Below are positions 1 to 15,900 of a stretch of 64,000 nt of DNA, in pieces (positions within the stretch are counted from its first letter, which is position 1; the number at the start of each line of letters is the position of its first letter). Below the pieces are notes generated by a model. That model saw nothing but the letters and a program-made list of their open reading frames with translations. It did no database searches and was not told the DNA's origin. The position numbers and the translations under genes were made by a program. The stretch is from Eledone cirrhosa (Eukaryota), in the NCBI GenBank assembly GCA_964016885.1, contig OZ024741.1, positions 10,850,001 to 10,914,000 of the forward strand, given 5' to 3'.

Positions 1-3000
1 GGAGATACATTGTAGTTTACACTGTTTACTGTAGATATATTGTGCTTTGTACTGTTTACTGTAGACATATTGTACTTTACACTGTAGATATATTGTACGT
101 TACATTGTTCACTGTAGATGTATTGTACTTTATACTGTCACTGTAGGTATATTGTACTTTACACTGTTTACTGTAGATATATTGTACTTTACACTGTTTA
201 CTGTAGGTATTTTGTACTTTGCACTGTTTACTGTAGATATATCGTATGTTATACTGTTTACTGTAGATATATTTACTTTATAGTGTTTACTGTAGATATA
301 TTGTACTTTATACTGTTTACTGTAGATATATTGTACTTTACACAGTTTACTGTAGATATATTGTACGTTACACTGTTCACTGTAGATATATTGTACTTTA
401 ATCTGTTTACAGTAGATACATTGTACTTTACACGGTTTACTGTACATATATTGTACTTTACACTGTTTATAGTAGATATATTGTACTTTACACTATTTAC
501 TGTAGACATATCCTACTTTACACTGTTCACTGTAGATATATTGTACTTTACACTGTTTACAGTAGATATTTTGTACTTTACACTGTTTACTGTAGATATA
601 TTGTATTTTATACTGTTTACTGTAGATATATTGTACTTTATACTGTTTACTGTAGATATATTGTACTTTATACTGTTTTCTGTAGACATATTGTACTTTA
701 TACTGTTTACTGTAGATATATTGTACCTTACACTGTTTACTGTAGATATATTGTACTTTACACTGTTTACTGTAGATATATTGTACTTTACACTGTTTTC
801 TGTAGATATATTATATTTTACACTGCTTACTGTAGATATATTGTACTTTATGCTGTTTACTGTAGACATATTGTACTTTACACTGTTTACTGTAGATATA
901 TTGTAGTTTACACTGTTTACTGTAGATATATTGTCCTTTATACTGTTTACTGTAGATATATTGTACTTTACACTGTTTACTGTAGATATATTGTACTTTA
1001 CACTGTTTACTGTAGACATATTGTACTTTATACTGTTTACTGTAGATATATTGTACTTTATACTGTAGATATATTGTACGTTACATTGTTCACTGTAGGT
1101 ATATTGTACGTTACATTGTTCACTGTAGATGTATTGTACTTTATTCTGTCACTGTAGGTGTAATGTACTTTACACTGTTTACTGTAGATATATTGTACTT
1201 TACACTGTTTACTGTAGATATTTTGTACTTTACACTGTTTACTGTAGATATATTGTATGTTATACTGTTTACTGTAGACATATTGTACTTTACACTGTTT
1301 ACTTAAGATATATTGTAGTTTACACTGTTTACTGTAGATATATTGTACTTTGTACTGTTTACTGTAGACATATTGTATTTTATACTGTTTACTGTAGATA
1401 TATTGTACTTTATACTGTTTACTGTAGATATATTATAGTTTACATTGTTCACTGTAGATATATTGTACTTTACACTGTTTACTGTAGATATATTGTATTT
1501 TATACTGTTTACTGTAGATATATTGTACTTTATACTTCTTACTATAGATATATTGTACTTTACACTGTTTACCGTAGATACATTGTACTTTACACGGTTT
1601 ACTGAACATATATTGTACTTTACACTGTTTATAGTAGATATATTGTACTTTACACTATTTACTGTAGATATATTCTACTTTACACTGTTCACTCTAAATA
1701 TATTGTATTTTATACTGTTTACTGTAGATATATTGTACTTTATACTGTTTACTGTAGATATATTGTACTTTACACTGTTTACTGTAGATATATTGTACTT
1801 TATACTGTTTACTGTAGACATATTGTACTTTACACTGTTTGCTGTAGATATATTGTAATTTACACTGTTTACTGTAGATATATTGTACTTTATATTGTTT
1901 ACTGTAGACATATTGTACTTTATACTGTTTATTGTAGATATATTGTACTTTACACTGTTTACTGTAGATATATTGTACTTTATACTGTTTACTGTAGACA
2001 TATTGTACTTTACACTGTTTACTGGAGATACATTGTAGTTTACACTGTTTACTGTAGATATATTGTGCTTTGTACTGTTTACTGTAGACATATTGTACTT
2101 TACACTGTAGATATATTGTACGTTACATTGTTCACTGTAGATGTATTGTACTTTATACTGTCACTGTAGGTATATTGTACTTTACACTGTTTACTGTAGA
2201 TATATTGTACTTTACACTGTTTACTGTAGATATTTTGTACTTTGCACTGTTTACTGTAGATATATCGTATGTTATACTGTTTACTGTAGATATATTTACT
2301 TTATAGTGTTTACCGTAGATACATTGTACTTTACACGGTTTACTGAACATATATTGTACTTTACACTGTTTATAGTAGATATATTGTACTTTACACTATT
2401 TACTGTAGATATATTCTACTTTACACTGTTCACTCTAGATATATTTTATTTTATACTGTTTACTGTAGATATATTGTACTTTATACTGTTTACTGTAGAT
2501 ATATTGTACTTTATACTGTTTACTGTAGATATATTGTACTTTATACTGTTTACTGTAGACATATTGTACTTTATACTGTTTACTGTAGATATATTGTACT
2601 TTACACTGTTTACTGTAGATATATTGTACTTTACACTGTTTACTGTAGATATATTGTACTTTATACTGTTTACAGTAGATATATTGTACTTTACACTGTT
2701 TACTGTAGATATATTGTACTTTATACTGTTCACTGTAGATATATTGTACTTTACACTGTAGATATATTGTAATTTACTGTAGATATATTGTACTTTACAC
2801 TGTTTACTGTAGATATATTGTACTTTTATACTGTTTATTGTAGATATATTGTACTTTACACTGTTTATTGTAGATATATTGTAATTTACACTGTTTACTG
2901 TAGATATATTGTACTTTTATACTGTTCACTGTAGATATATTGTACTTTACATTGTTTACTGTAGATATATTATACTTTACACTGTTTACTGTAGATATAT

Positions 3001-6000
3001 TGTACTTTACACTGTTTACTGTAGATATATTGTACTTTATACTGTTTACTGTAGATATATTGTACTTTATACTGTTTACTGTAGATATATTGTAGTTTAC
3101 ACTGTTTACTGTAGATATATTGTAGTTACACTGTTCACTGTAGATATATTGTACTTTACACTGTTTACCGTAGATACATTGTACTTTACACGGTTTACTG
3201 AACATATATTGTACTTTACACTGTTTATAGTAGATATATTGTACTTTACACTATTTACTGTAGATATATTCTACTTTACACTGTTCACTCTAGATAAATT
3301 GTATTTTATACTGTTTACTGTAGATATATTGTACTTTATACTGTTTACTGTACATATATTGTACTTTATACTGTTTACTGTAGATATATTGTACTTTATA
3401 CTATTTACTGTAGACATATTGTACTTTATACTGTTTACTGTAGATATATTGTACTTTACACTGTTTACTGTAGATATATTGTACTTTACACTGTTTCCTG
3501 TAGATATATTGTACTTTATACTGTTTACAGTAGATATATTGTACTTTACACTGTTTACTGTAGATATATTATACTTTACACTGTTTACTGTAGATATATT
3601 ATACTTTACACTGTTTACTGTAGATATATTGTACTTTATACTGTTTACTGTAGACATATTGTACTTTACACTGTTTGCTGTAGATATATTGTAATTTACA
3701 CTGTTTACTGTAGATATATTGTACTTTATATTGTTTACTGTAGACATATTGTACTTTATACTGTTTACTGTAGATATATTGTACTTTACACTGTTTACTG
3801 TAGATATATTGTACTTTATACTGTTTACTGTAGACATATTGTACTTTACACTGTTTACTGGAGATACATTGTAGTTTACACTGTTTACTGTAGATATATT
3901 GTGCTTTGTACTGTTTACTGTAGACATATTGTACTTTACACTGTAGATATATTGTACGTTACATTGTTCACTGTAGATGTATTGTACTTTATACTGTCAC
4001 TGTAGGTATATTGTACTTTACACTGTTTACTGTAGATGTATTGTACTTTACACTGTTTACTGTAGATATTTTGTACTTTGCACTGTTTACTGTAGATATA
4101 TCGTATGTTATACTGTTTACTGTAGATATATTTACTTTATAGTGTTTACTGTAGATATATTGTACTTTATACTGTTTACTGTAGATATATTGTACTTTAC
4201 ACAGTTTACTGTAGATATATTGTGCGTTACACTGTTCACTGTAGATATATTGTACTTTAATCTGTTTACAGTAGATACATCGTACTTTACACGGTTTACT
4301 GTACATATATTGTACTTTACACTGTTTATAGTAGATATATTGTACTTTACACTATTTACTGTAGATATATTCTACTTTACACTGTTCACTGTAGATATAT
4401 TGTACTTTACACTGTTTACAGTAGATATTTTGTACTTTACACTGTTTACTGTAGATATATTGTATTTTATACTGTTTACTGTAGATATATTGTACTTTAT
4501 ACTTCTTACTGTAGATATATTGTACTTTACACTGTTTACCGTAGATACATTGTACTTTACACGGTTTACTGAACATATATTGTACTTTACACTGTTTATA
4601 GTAGATATATTGTACTTTACACTATTTACTGTAGATATATTCTACTTTACACTGTTCACTCTAAATATATTGTATTTTATACTGTTTACTGTAGATATAT
4701 TGTACTTTATACTGTTTACTGTAGATATATTGTACTTTATACTGTTTACTGTAGATATATTGTACTTTATACTATTTACTGTAGACATATTGTACTTTAT
4801 ACTGTTTACTGTAGATATATTGTACTTTACACTGTTTACTGTAGATATATTGTACTTTACACTGTTTACTGTAGATATATTGTACTTTATACTGTTTACA
4901 GTAGATATATTGTACTTTACACTGTTTACTGTAGATATATTATACTTTACACTGTTTACTGTAGATATATTATACTTTACACTGTTTACTGTAGATATAT
5001 TGTACTTTATACTGTTTACTGTAGACATATTGTACTTTACACTGTTTGCTGTAGATATATTGTAATTTACACTGTTTACTGTAGATATATTGTACTTTAT
5101 ATTGTTTACTGTAGACATATTTTACTTTATACTGTTTACTGTAGATATATTGTACTTTACACTGTTTACTGTAGATATATTGTACTTTATACTGTTTACT
5201 GTAGACATATTGTACTTTACACTGTTTACTGGAGATACATTGTAGTTTACACAGTTTACTGTAGATATATTGTGCTTTGTACTGTTTACTGTAGACATAT
5301 TGTACTTTACACTGTAGATATATTGTACGTTACATTGTTCACTGTAGATGTATTGTACTTTATACTGTCACTGTAGGTATATTGTACTTTACACTGTTTA
5401 CTGTAGATATATTGTACTTTACACTGTTTACTGTAGATATTTTGTACTTTGCACTGTTTACTGTAGATATATCGTATGTTATACTGTTTACTGTAGATAT
5501 ATTTACTTTATAGTGTTTACTGTAGATATATTGTACTTTATACTGTTTACTGTAGATATATTGTACTTTACACAGTTTACTGTAGATATATTGTACGTTA
5601 CACTGTTCACTGTAGATATATTGTACTTTAATCTGTTTACAGTAGATACATTGTACTTTACACGGTTTACTGTACATATATTGTACTTTACACTGTTTAT
5701 AGTAGATATATTGTACTTTACACTATTTACTGTAGACATATCCTACTTTACACTGTTCACTGTAGATATATTGTACTTTACACTGTTTACAGTAGATATT
5801 TTGTACTTTACACTGTTTACTGTAGATATATTGTATTTTATACTGTTTACTGTAGATATATTGTACTTTATACTGTTTACTGTAGATATATTGTACTTTA
5901 TACTGTTTTCTGTAGACATATTGTACTTTATACTGTTTACTGTAGATATATTGTACCTTACACTGTTTACTGTAGATATATTGTACTTTACACTGTTTAC

Positions 6001-9000
6001 TGTAGATATATTGTACTTTACACTGTTTTCTGTAGATATATTATATTTTACACTGCTTACTGTAGATATATTGTACTTTATGCTGTTTACTGTAGACATA
6101 TTGTACTTTACACTGTTTACTGTAGATATATTGTAGTTTACACTGTTTACTGTAGATATATTGTCCTTTATACTGTTTACTGTAGATATATTGTACTTTA
6201 CACTGTTTACTGTAGATATATTGTACTTTACACTGTTTACTGTAGACATATTGTACTTTATACTGTTTACTGTAGATATATTGTACTTTATACTGTATAT
6301 ATATTGTACGTTACATTGTTCACTGTAGGTATATTGTACGTTACATTGTTCACTGTAGATGTATTGTACTTTATTCTGTCACTGTAGGTGTAATGTACTT
6401 TACACTGTTTACTGTAGATATATTGTACTTTACACTGTTTACTGTAGATATTTTGTACTTTACACTGTTTACTGTAGATATATTGTATGTTATACTGTAT
6501 ACTGTAGACATATTGTACTTTACACTGTTTACTTAAGATATATTGTAGTTTACACTGTTTACTGTAGATATATTGTACTTTGTACTGTTTACTGTAGACA
6601 TATTGTACTTTATACTGTTTACTGTAGATATATTGTACTTTATACTGTTTACTGTAGATATATTATAGTTTACATTGTTCACTGTAGATATATTGTACTT
6701 TACACTGTTTACAGTAGATACATTGTACTTTACACGGTTTACTGTACATATATTGTACTTTAAACTGTTTATAGTAGATATATTGTACTTTACACTATTT
6801 ACTGTAGATATATTCTACTTTACACTGTTCACTGTAGATATATTTTACTTTGAACTGTTTACAGTAGATATATTGTACTTTACACTGTTTACTGTAGATA
6901 TATTGTATTTTATACTGTTTACTGTAGATATTATGTACTTTATACTGTTTACTGTAGATATATTGTACTTTATACTATTTACTGTAGACATATCGTACTT
7001 TATACTGTTTACTGTAGATATATTGTACTTTACACTGTTTACTGTAGATATATTGTACTTTATACTGTTTACAGTAGATATATTGTACTTTACACTGTTT
7101 ACTGTAGATATATTATACTTTACACTGTTTACTGTAGATATATTGGACTCTACACTGTTTACAGTAGATATATTATACTTTACACTGTTTACTGTAGACA
7201 TATTGTACTTTATACCGTTTACTGTAGACATATTGTACTTTACACTGTTTACTGTAGATATATTGTAGTTTACACTGTTTACTGTAGATATATTATAGTT
7301 TACACTGTTTACTGTAGATATATTGTACTTTATATTGTTTACTGTAGACATATTGTACTTTATACTGTTTACTATAGATACATTGTACTTTACACTGTTT
7401 ACTGTAGATATATTGTACTTTATACTGTTTACTGTAGACATATTGTACTTTATACTGTTTACTGTAAATATATTGTACTTTACACTGTTTACTGTAGATA
7501 TATTGTACTTTATACTGTTTACTGTAGACATATTGTACTTTACACTGTTTACTGGAGATACATTGTAGTTTACACTGTTTACTGTAGATATATTGTACTT
7601 TTATACTGTTCACTGTAGATATATTGTACTTTACATTGTTTACTGTAGATATATTATACTTTACACTGTTTACTGTAGATATATTGTACTTTACACTGTT
7701 TACTGTAGATATATTGTACTTTATACTGTTTACTGTAGATATATTGTACTTTATACTGTTTACTGTAGATATATTGTAGTTTACACTGTTTACTGTAGAT
7801 ATATTGTAGTTACACTGTTCACTGTAGATATATTGTACTTTACACTGTTTACCGTAGATACATTGTACTTTACAAGGTTTACTGAAAATATATTGTACTT
7901 TACACTGTTTATAGTAGATATATTGTACTTTACACTGTTTACTGTAGACATATTGTACTTTATACTGTTTACTGTAAATATATTGTACTTTACACTGTTT
8001 ACTGTAGATATATTGTACTTTATACTGTTTACTGTAGACATATTGTACTTTACACTGTTTACTGGAGATACATTGTAGTTTACACTGTTTACTGTAGATA
8101 TATTGTACTTTTATACTGTTCACTGTAGATATATTATACTTTACACTGTTTACTGTAGATATATTATACTTTACACTGTTTACTGTAGATATATTGTACT
8201 TTATACTGTTTACTGTAGACATGTTGTACTTTACACTGTTTGCTGTAGATATATTGTAATTTACACTGTTTACTGTAGATATATTGTACTTTATATTGTT
8301 TACTGTAGACATATTGTACTTTATACTGTTTATTGTAGATATATTGTACTTTACACTGTTTACTGTAGATATATTGTACTTTATACTGTTTACTGTAGAC
8401 ATATTGTACTTTACACTGTTTACTGGAGATACATTGTAGTTTACACTGTTTACTGTAGATATATTGTGCTTTGTACTGTTTACTGTAGACATATTGTACT
8501 TTACACTGTAGATATATTGTACGTTACATTGTTCACTGTAGATGTATTGTACTTTATACTGTTACTGTAGGTATATTGTACTTTACACTGTTTACTGTAG
8601 ATATATTGTACTTTACACTGTTTACTGTAGATATTTTGTACTTTGCACTGTTTACTGTAGATATATCGTATGTTATACTGTTTACTGTAGATATATTTAC
8701 TTTATAGTGTTTACCGTAGATACATTGTACTTTACACGGTTTACTGAACATATATTGTACTTTACACTGTTTATAGTAGATATATTGTACTTTACACTAT
8801 TTACTGTAGATATATTCTACTTTACACTGTTCACTCTAGATATATTGTATTTTATACTGTTTACTGTAGATATATTGTACTTTATACTGTTTACTGTAGA
8901 TATATTGTACTTTATACTGTTTACTGTAGATATATTGTACTTTATACTGTTTACTGTAGATATATTGTACTTTACACTGTTTACTGTAGATATATTGTAC

Positions 9001-12000
9001 TTTACACTGTTTACTGTAGATATATTGTACTTTATACTGTTTACAGTAGATATATTGTACTTTACACTGTTTACTGTAGATATATTGTACTTTATACTGT
9101 TCACTGTAGATATATTGTACTTTACACTGTAGATATATTGTAATTTACTGTACATATATTGTACTTTACACTGTTTACTGTAGATATATTGTACTTTTAT
9201 ACTGTTTATTGTAGATATATTGTACTTTACACTGTTTATTGTAGATATATTGTAATTTACACTGTTTACTGTAGATATATTGTACTTTTATACTGTTCAC
9301 TGTAGATATATTGTACTTTACATTGTTTACTGTAGATATATTATACTTTACACTGTTTACTGTAGATATATTGTACTTTACACTGTTTACTGTAGATATA
9401 TTGTACTTTATACTGTTTACTGTAGATATATTGTACTTTATACTGTTTACTGTAGATATATTGTAGTTTACACTGTTTACTGTAGATATATTGTAGTTAC
9501 ACTGTTCACTGTAGATATGTTGTACTTTACACTGTTTACCGTAGATACATTGTACTTTACACGGTTTACTGAACATATATTGTACTTTACACTGTTTATA
9601 GTAGATATATTGTACTTTACACTATTTACTGTAGATATATTCTACTTTACACTGTTCACTCTAGATATATTGTATTTTATACTGTTTACTGTAGATATAT
9701 TGTACTTTATACTGTTTACTGTAGATATATTGTACTTTATACTGTTTACTGTAGATATATTGTACTTTATACTATTTACTGTAGACATATTGTACTTTAT
9801 ACTGTTTACTGTAGATATATTGTACTTTACACTGTTTACTGTTGATATATTGTACTTTACACTGTTTCCAGTAGATATATTGTACTTTATACTGTTTACA
9901 GTAGATATATTGTACTTTACACTGTTTACTGTAGATATATTATACTTTACACTGTTTACTGTAGATATATTGTACTTTACACTGTTTACTGTAGATATAT
10001 TGTACTTTATACTGTTTACTGTAGATATATTGTACTTTATACTGTTTACTGTAGATATATTGTAGTTTACACTGTTTACTGTAGATATATTGTAGTTACA
10101 CTGTTCACTGTAGATATATTGTACTTTACACTGTTTACCGTAGATACATTGTACTTTACACGGTTTACTGAACATATATTGTACTTTACACTGTTTATAG
10201 TAGATATATTGTACTTTACACTATTTACTGTAGATATATTCTACTTTACACTGTTCACTCTAGATATATTGTATTTTATACTGTTTACTGTAGATATATT
10301 GTACTTTATACTGTTTACTGTAGATATATTTTACTTTATACTGTTTACTGTAGATATATTGTACTTTATACTATTTACTGTAGACATATTGTACTTTATA
10401 CTGTTTACTGTAGATATATTGTACTTTACACTGTTTACTGTAGATATATTGTACTTTATACTGTTTACAGTAGATATATTGTACTTTACACTGTTTACTG
10501 TAGATATATTGTACTTTACACTGTTTGCTGTAGATATATTGTAATTTACACTGTTTACTGTAGATATATTGTACTTTATATTGTTTACTGTAGACATATT
10601 TTACTTTATACTGTTTACTGTAGATATATTGTACTTTACACTGTTTACTGTAGATATATTGTACTTTATACTGTTTACTGTAGACATATTGTACTTTACA
10701 CTGTTTACTGGAGATACATTGTAGTTTACACTGTTTACTGTAGATATATTGTGCTTTGTACTGTTTACTGTAGACATATTGTACTTTACACTGTAGATAT
10801 ATTGTACGTTACATTGTTCACTGTAGATGTATTGTACTTTATACTGTCACTGTAGGTATATTGTACTTTACACTGTTTACTGTAGATATATTGTACTTTA
10901 CACTGTTTACTGTAGATATTTTGTACTTTGCACTGTTTACTTTAGATATATCGTATGTTATACTGTTTACTGTAGATATATTTACTTTATAGTGTTTACT
11001 GTAGATATATTGTACTTTATACTGTTTACTGTAGATATATTGTACTTTACACAGTTCACTGTAGATATATTGTACGTTACACTGTTCACTGTAGATATAT
11101 TGTACTTTAATCTGTTTACAGTAGATACATTGTACTTTACACGGTTTACTGTACATATATTGTACTTTACACTGTTTATAGTAGATATATTGTACTTTAC
11201 ACTATTTACTGTAGACATATCCTACTTTACACTGTTCACTGTAGATATATTGTACTTTACACTGTTTACAGTAGATATTTTGTACTTTACACTGTTTACT
11301 GTAGATATATTGTATTTTATACTGTTTACTGTAGATATATTGTACTTTATACTGTTTACTGTAGATTTATTGTACTTTATACTGTTTTCTGTAGACATAT
11401 TGTACTTTATACTGTTTACTGTAGATATATTGTACCTTACACTGTTTACTGTAGATATATTGTACTTTACACTGTTTACTGTAGATATATTGTACTTTAC
11501 ACTGTTTTCTGTAGATATATTATATTTTACACTGTTTACTGTAGATATATTGTACTTTATACTGTTTACTGTAGACATATTGTACTTTACACTGTTTACT
11601 GTAGATATATTGTAGTTTACACTGTTTACTGTAGATATATTGTCCTTTATACTGTTTACTGTAGATATATTGTACTCTATACTGTTTACTGTAGATATAT
11701 TGTACTCTATACTGTTTACTGTAGACATATTGTACTTTATACTGTTTACTGTAGATATATTGTACTTTATACTGTAGATATATTGTACGTTACATTGTTC
11801 ACTGTAGGTATATTGTACGTTACATTGTTCACTGTAGATGTATTGTACTTTATTCTGTCACTGTAGGTGTAATGTACTTTACACTGTTTACTGTAGATAT
11901 ATTGTACTTTACACTGTTTACTGTAGATATTTTGTACTTTACACTGTTTACTGTAGATATATTGTATGTTATACTGTTTACTGTAGACATATTGTACTTT

Positions 12001-12950
12001 ACACTGTTTACTTAAGATATATTGTAGTTTACACTGTTTACTGTAGATATATTGTACTTTGTACTGTTTACTGTAGACATATTGTACTTTATACTGTTTA
12101 CTGTAGATATATTGTACTTTATACTGTTTACTGTAGATATATTATAGTTTACATTGTTCACTGTAGATATATTGTACTTTACACTGTTTACAGTAGATAC
12201 ATTGTACTTTACACGGTTTACTGTACATATATTGTACTTTAAACTGTTTATAGTAGATATATTGTACTTTACACTATTTACTGTAGATATATTCTACTTT
12301 ACACTGTTCACTGTAGATATATTTTACTTTGAACTGTTTACAGTAGATATATTGTACTTTACACTGTTTACTGTAGATATATTGTATTTTATACTGTTTA
12401 CTGTAGATATTATGTACTTTATACTGTTTACTGTAGATATATTGTACTTTATACTATTTACTGTAGACATATTGTACTTTATACTGTTTACTGTAGATAT
12501 ATTGTACTTTACACTGTTTACTGTAGATATATTGTACTTTATACTGTTTACAGTAGATATATTGTACTTTACACTGTTTACTGTAGATATATTATACTTT
12601 ACACTGTTTACTGTAGATATATTGGACTCTACACTGTTTACAGTAGATATATTATACTTTACACTGTTTACTGTAGACATATTGTACTTTATACCGTTTA
12701 CTGTAGACATATTTTACTTTACACTGTTTACTGTAGATATATTGTAGTTTACACTGTTTACTGTAGATATATTATAGTTTACACTGTTTACTGTAGATAT
12801 ATTGTACTTTATATTGTTTACTGTAGACATATTGTACTTTATACTGTTTACTATAGATACATTGTACTTTACACTGTTTACTGTAGATATATTGTACTTT
12901 ATACTGTTTACTGTAGACATATTGTACTTTATACTGTTTACTGTAAATAT
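1..12950. repeat. Partial recurring block at ~5.2-5.5-kb spacing (1-~1470; 5231-~7470; ~10710-~12950)
   Basis: Offsets are +5,230 (118/5348, 1129/6359) and +5,479 (5348/10827, 6359/11838, 6675/12154). Shared variants include CATATCCTAC, TACCTTAC, TTGTCCTT and ACTTAAGA. Confidence 0.8.
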
Positions 12951-15900
12951 ATTGTAGTTTACACTGTTTACTGTAGATATATTGTAGTTACACTGTTCAC
13001 TGTAGATATATTGTACTTTACACTGTTTACCATAGATACATTGTACTTTACACGGTTTACTGAACATATATTGTACTTTACACTGTTTATAGTAGATATA
13101 TTGTACTTTACACTATTTACTGTAGATATATTCTACTTTGCACTGTTAACTCTAGATATATTGTATTTTATACTGTTTACTGTAGATATATTGTACTTTA
13201 TACTGTTTACTGTAGATATATTGTACTTTATACTGTTTACTGTAGATATATTGTACTTTATACTGTTTACTGTAGACATATTGTACTTTATACTGTTTAC
13301 TGTAGATATATTGTACTTTACACTGTTTACTGTAGATATATTGTACTTTACACTGTTTACTGTAGATATATTGTACTTTATACTGTTTACAGTAGATATA
13401 TTGTACTTTACACTGTTTACTGTAGATATATTATACTTTACACTGTTTACTGTAGATATATTATACTTTACACTGTTTACTGTAGATATATTGTACTTTA
13501 TACTGTTTACTGTAGACATATTGTACTTTACACTGTTTGCTGTAGATATATTGTAATTTACACTGTTTACTGTAGATATATTGTACTTTATATTGTTTAC
13601 TGTAGACATATTGTACTTTATACTGTTTATTGTAGATATATTGTACTTTACACTGTTTACTGTAGATATATTGTACTTTATACTGTTTACTGTAGACATA
13701 TTGTACTTTACACTGTTTACTGGAGATACATTGTAGTTTACACTGTTTACTGTAGATATATTGTGCTTTGTACTGTTTACTGTAGACATATTGTACTTTA
13801 CACTGTAGATATATTGTACGTTACATTGTTCACTGTATATGTATTGTACTTTATACTGTCACTGTAGGTATATTGTACTTTACACTGTTTACTGTAGATA
13901 TATTGTACTTTACACTGTTTACTGTAGATATTTTGTACTTTGCACTGTTTACTGTAGATATATCGTATGTTATACTGTTTACTGTAGATATATTTACTTT
14001 ATAGTGTTTACCGTAGATACATTGTACTTTACACGGTTTACTGAACATATATTGTACTTTACACTGTTTATAGTAGATATATTGTACTTTACACTATTTA
14101 CTGTAGATATATTCTACTTTACACTGTTCACTCTAGATATATTGTATTTTATACTGTTTACTGTAGATATATTGTACTTTATACTGTTTACTGTAGATAT
14201 ATTGTACTTTATACTGTTTACTGTAGATATATTGTACTTTATACTGTTTACTGTAGACATATTGTACTTTATACTGTTTACTGTAGATATATTGTACTTT
14301 ACACTGTTTACTGTAGATATATTGTACTTTACACTGTTTACTGTAGATATATTGTACTTTATACTGTTTACAGTAGATATATTGTACTTTACACTGTTTA
14401 CTGTAGATATATTGTACTTTATACTGTTCACTGTAGATATATTGTACTTTACACTGTAGATATATTGTAATTTACTGTAGGTATATTGTACTTTACACTG
14501 TTTACTGTAGATATATTGTACTTTTATACTGTTTATTGTAGATATATTGTACTTTACACTGTTTATTGTAGATATATTGTAATTTACACTGTTTACTGTA
14601 GATATATTGTACTTTTATACTGTTCACTGTAGATATATTGTACTTTACATTGTTTACTGTAGATATATTATACTTTACACTGTTTACTGTAGATATATTG
14701 TACTTTACACTGTTTACTGTAGATATATTGTACTTTATACTGTTTACTGTAGATATATTGTACTTTATACTGTTTACTGTAGATATATTGTAGTTTACAC
14801 TGTTTACTGTAGATATATTGTAGTTACACTGTTCACTGTAGATATATTGTACTTTACACTGTTTACCGTAGATACATTGTACTTTACACGGTTTACTGAA
14901 CATATATTGTACTTTACACTGTTTATAGTAGATATATTGTACTTTACACTATTTACTGTAGATATATTCTACTTTACACTGTTCACTCTAGATATATTGT
15001 ATTTTATACTGTTTACTGTAGATATATTGTACTTTATACTGTTTACTGTAGATATATTGTACTTTATACTGTTTACTGTAGATATATTGTACTTTATACT
15101 ATTTACTGTAGACATATTGTACTTTATACTGTTTACTGTAGATATATTGTACTTTACACTGTTTACTGTAGATATATTGTACTTTACACTGTTTCCTGTA
15201 GATATATTGTACTTTATACTGTTTACAGTAGATATATTGTACTTTACACTGTTTACTGTAGATATATTATACTTTACACTGTTTACTGTAGATATATTAT
15301 ACTTTACACTGTTTACTGTAGATATATTGTACTTTATACTGTTTACTGTAGACATATTGTACTTTACACTGTTTGCTGTAGATATATTGTAATTTACACT
15401 GTTTACTGTAGATATATTGTACTTTATATTGTTTACTGTAGACATATTGTACTTTATACTGTTTACTGTAGATATATTGTACTTTACACTGTTTACTGTA
15501 GATATATTGTACTTTATACTGTTTACTGTAGACATATTGTACTTTACACTGTTTACTGGAGATACATTGTAGTTTACACTGTTTACTGTAGATATATTGT
15601 GCTTTGTACTGTTTACTGTAGACATATTGTACTTTACACTGTAGATATATTGTACGTTACATTGTTCACTGTAGATGTATTGTACTTTATACTGTCACTG
15701 TAGGTATATTGTACTTTACACTGTTTACTGTAGATATATTGTACTTTACACTGTTTACTGTAGATATTTTGTACTTTGCACTGTTTACTGTAGATATATC
15801 GTATGTTATACTGTTTACTGTAGATATATTTACTTTATAGTGTTTACTGTAGATATATTGTACTTTATACTGTTTACTGTAGATATATTGTACTTTACAC

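Noticed and set aside
543-570. Hairpins or terminators (TGTA-CTT-TACA; ACTGT-TT-ACAGT in ACAGT variants)
   Set aside because: The stems are only 4-5 bp and AT-rich, too weak to call as functional structures.
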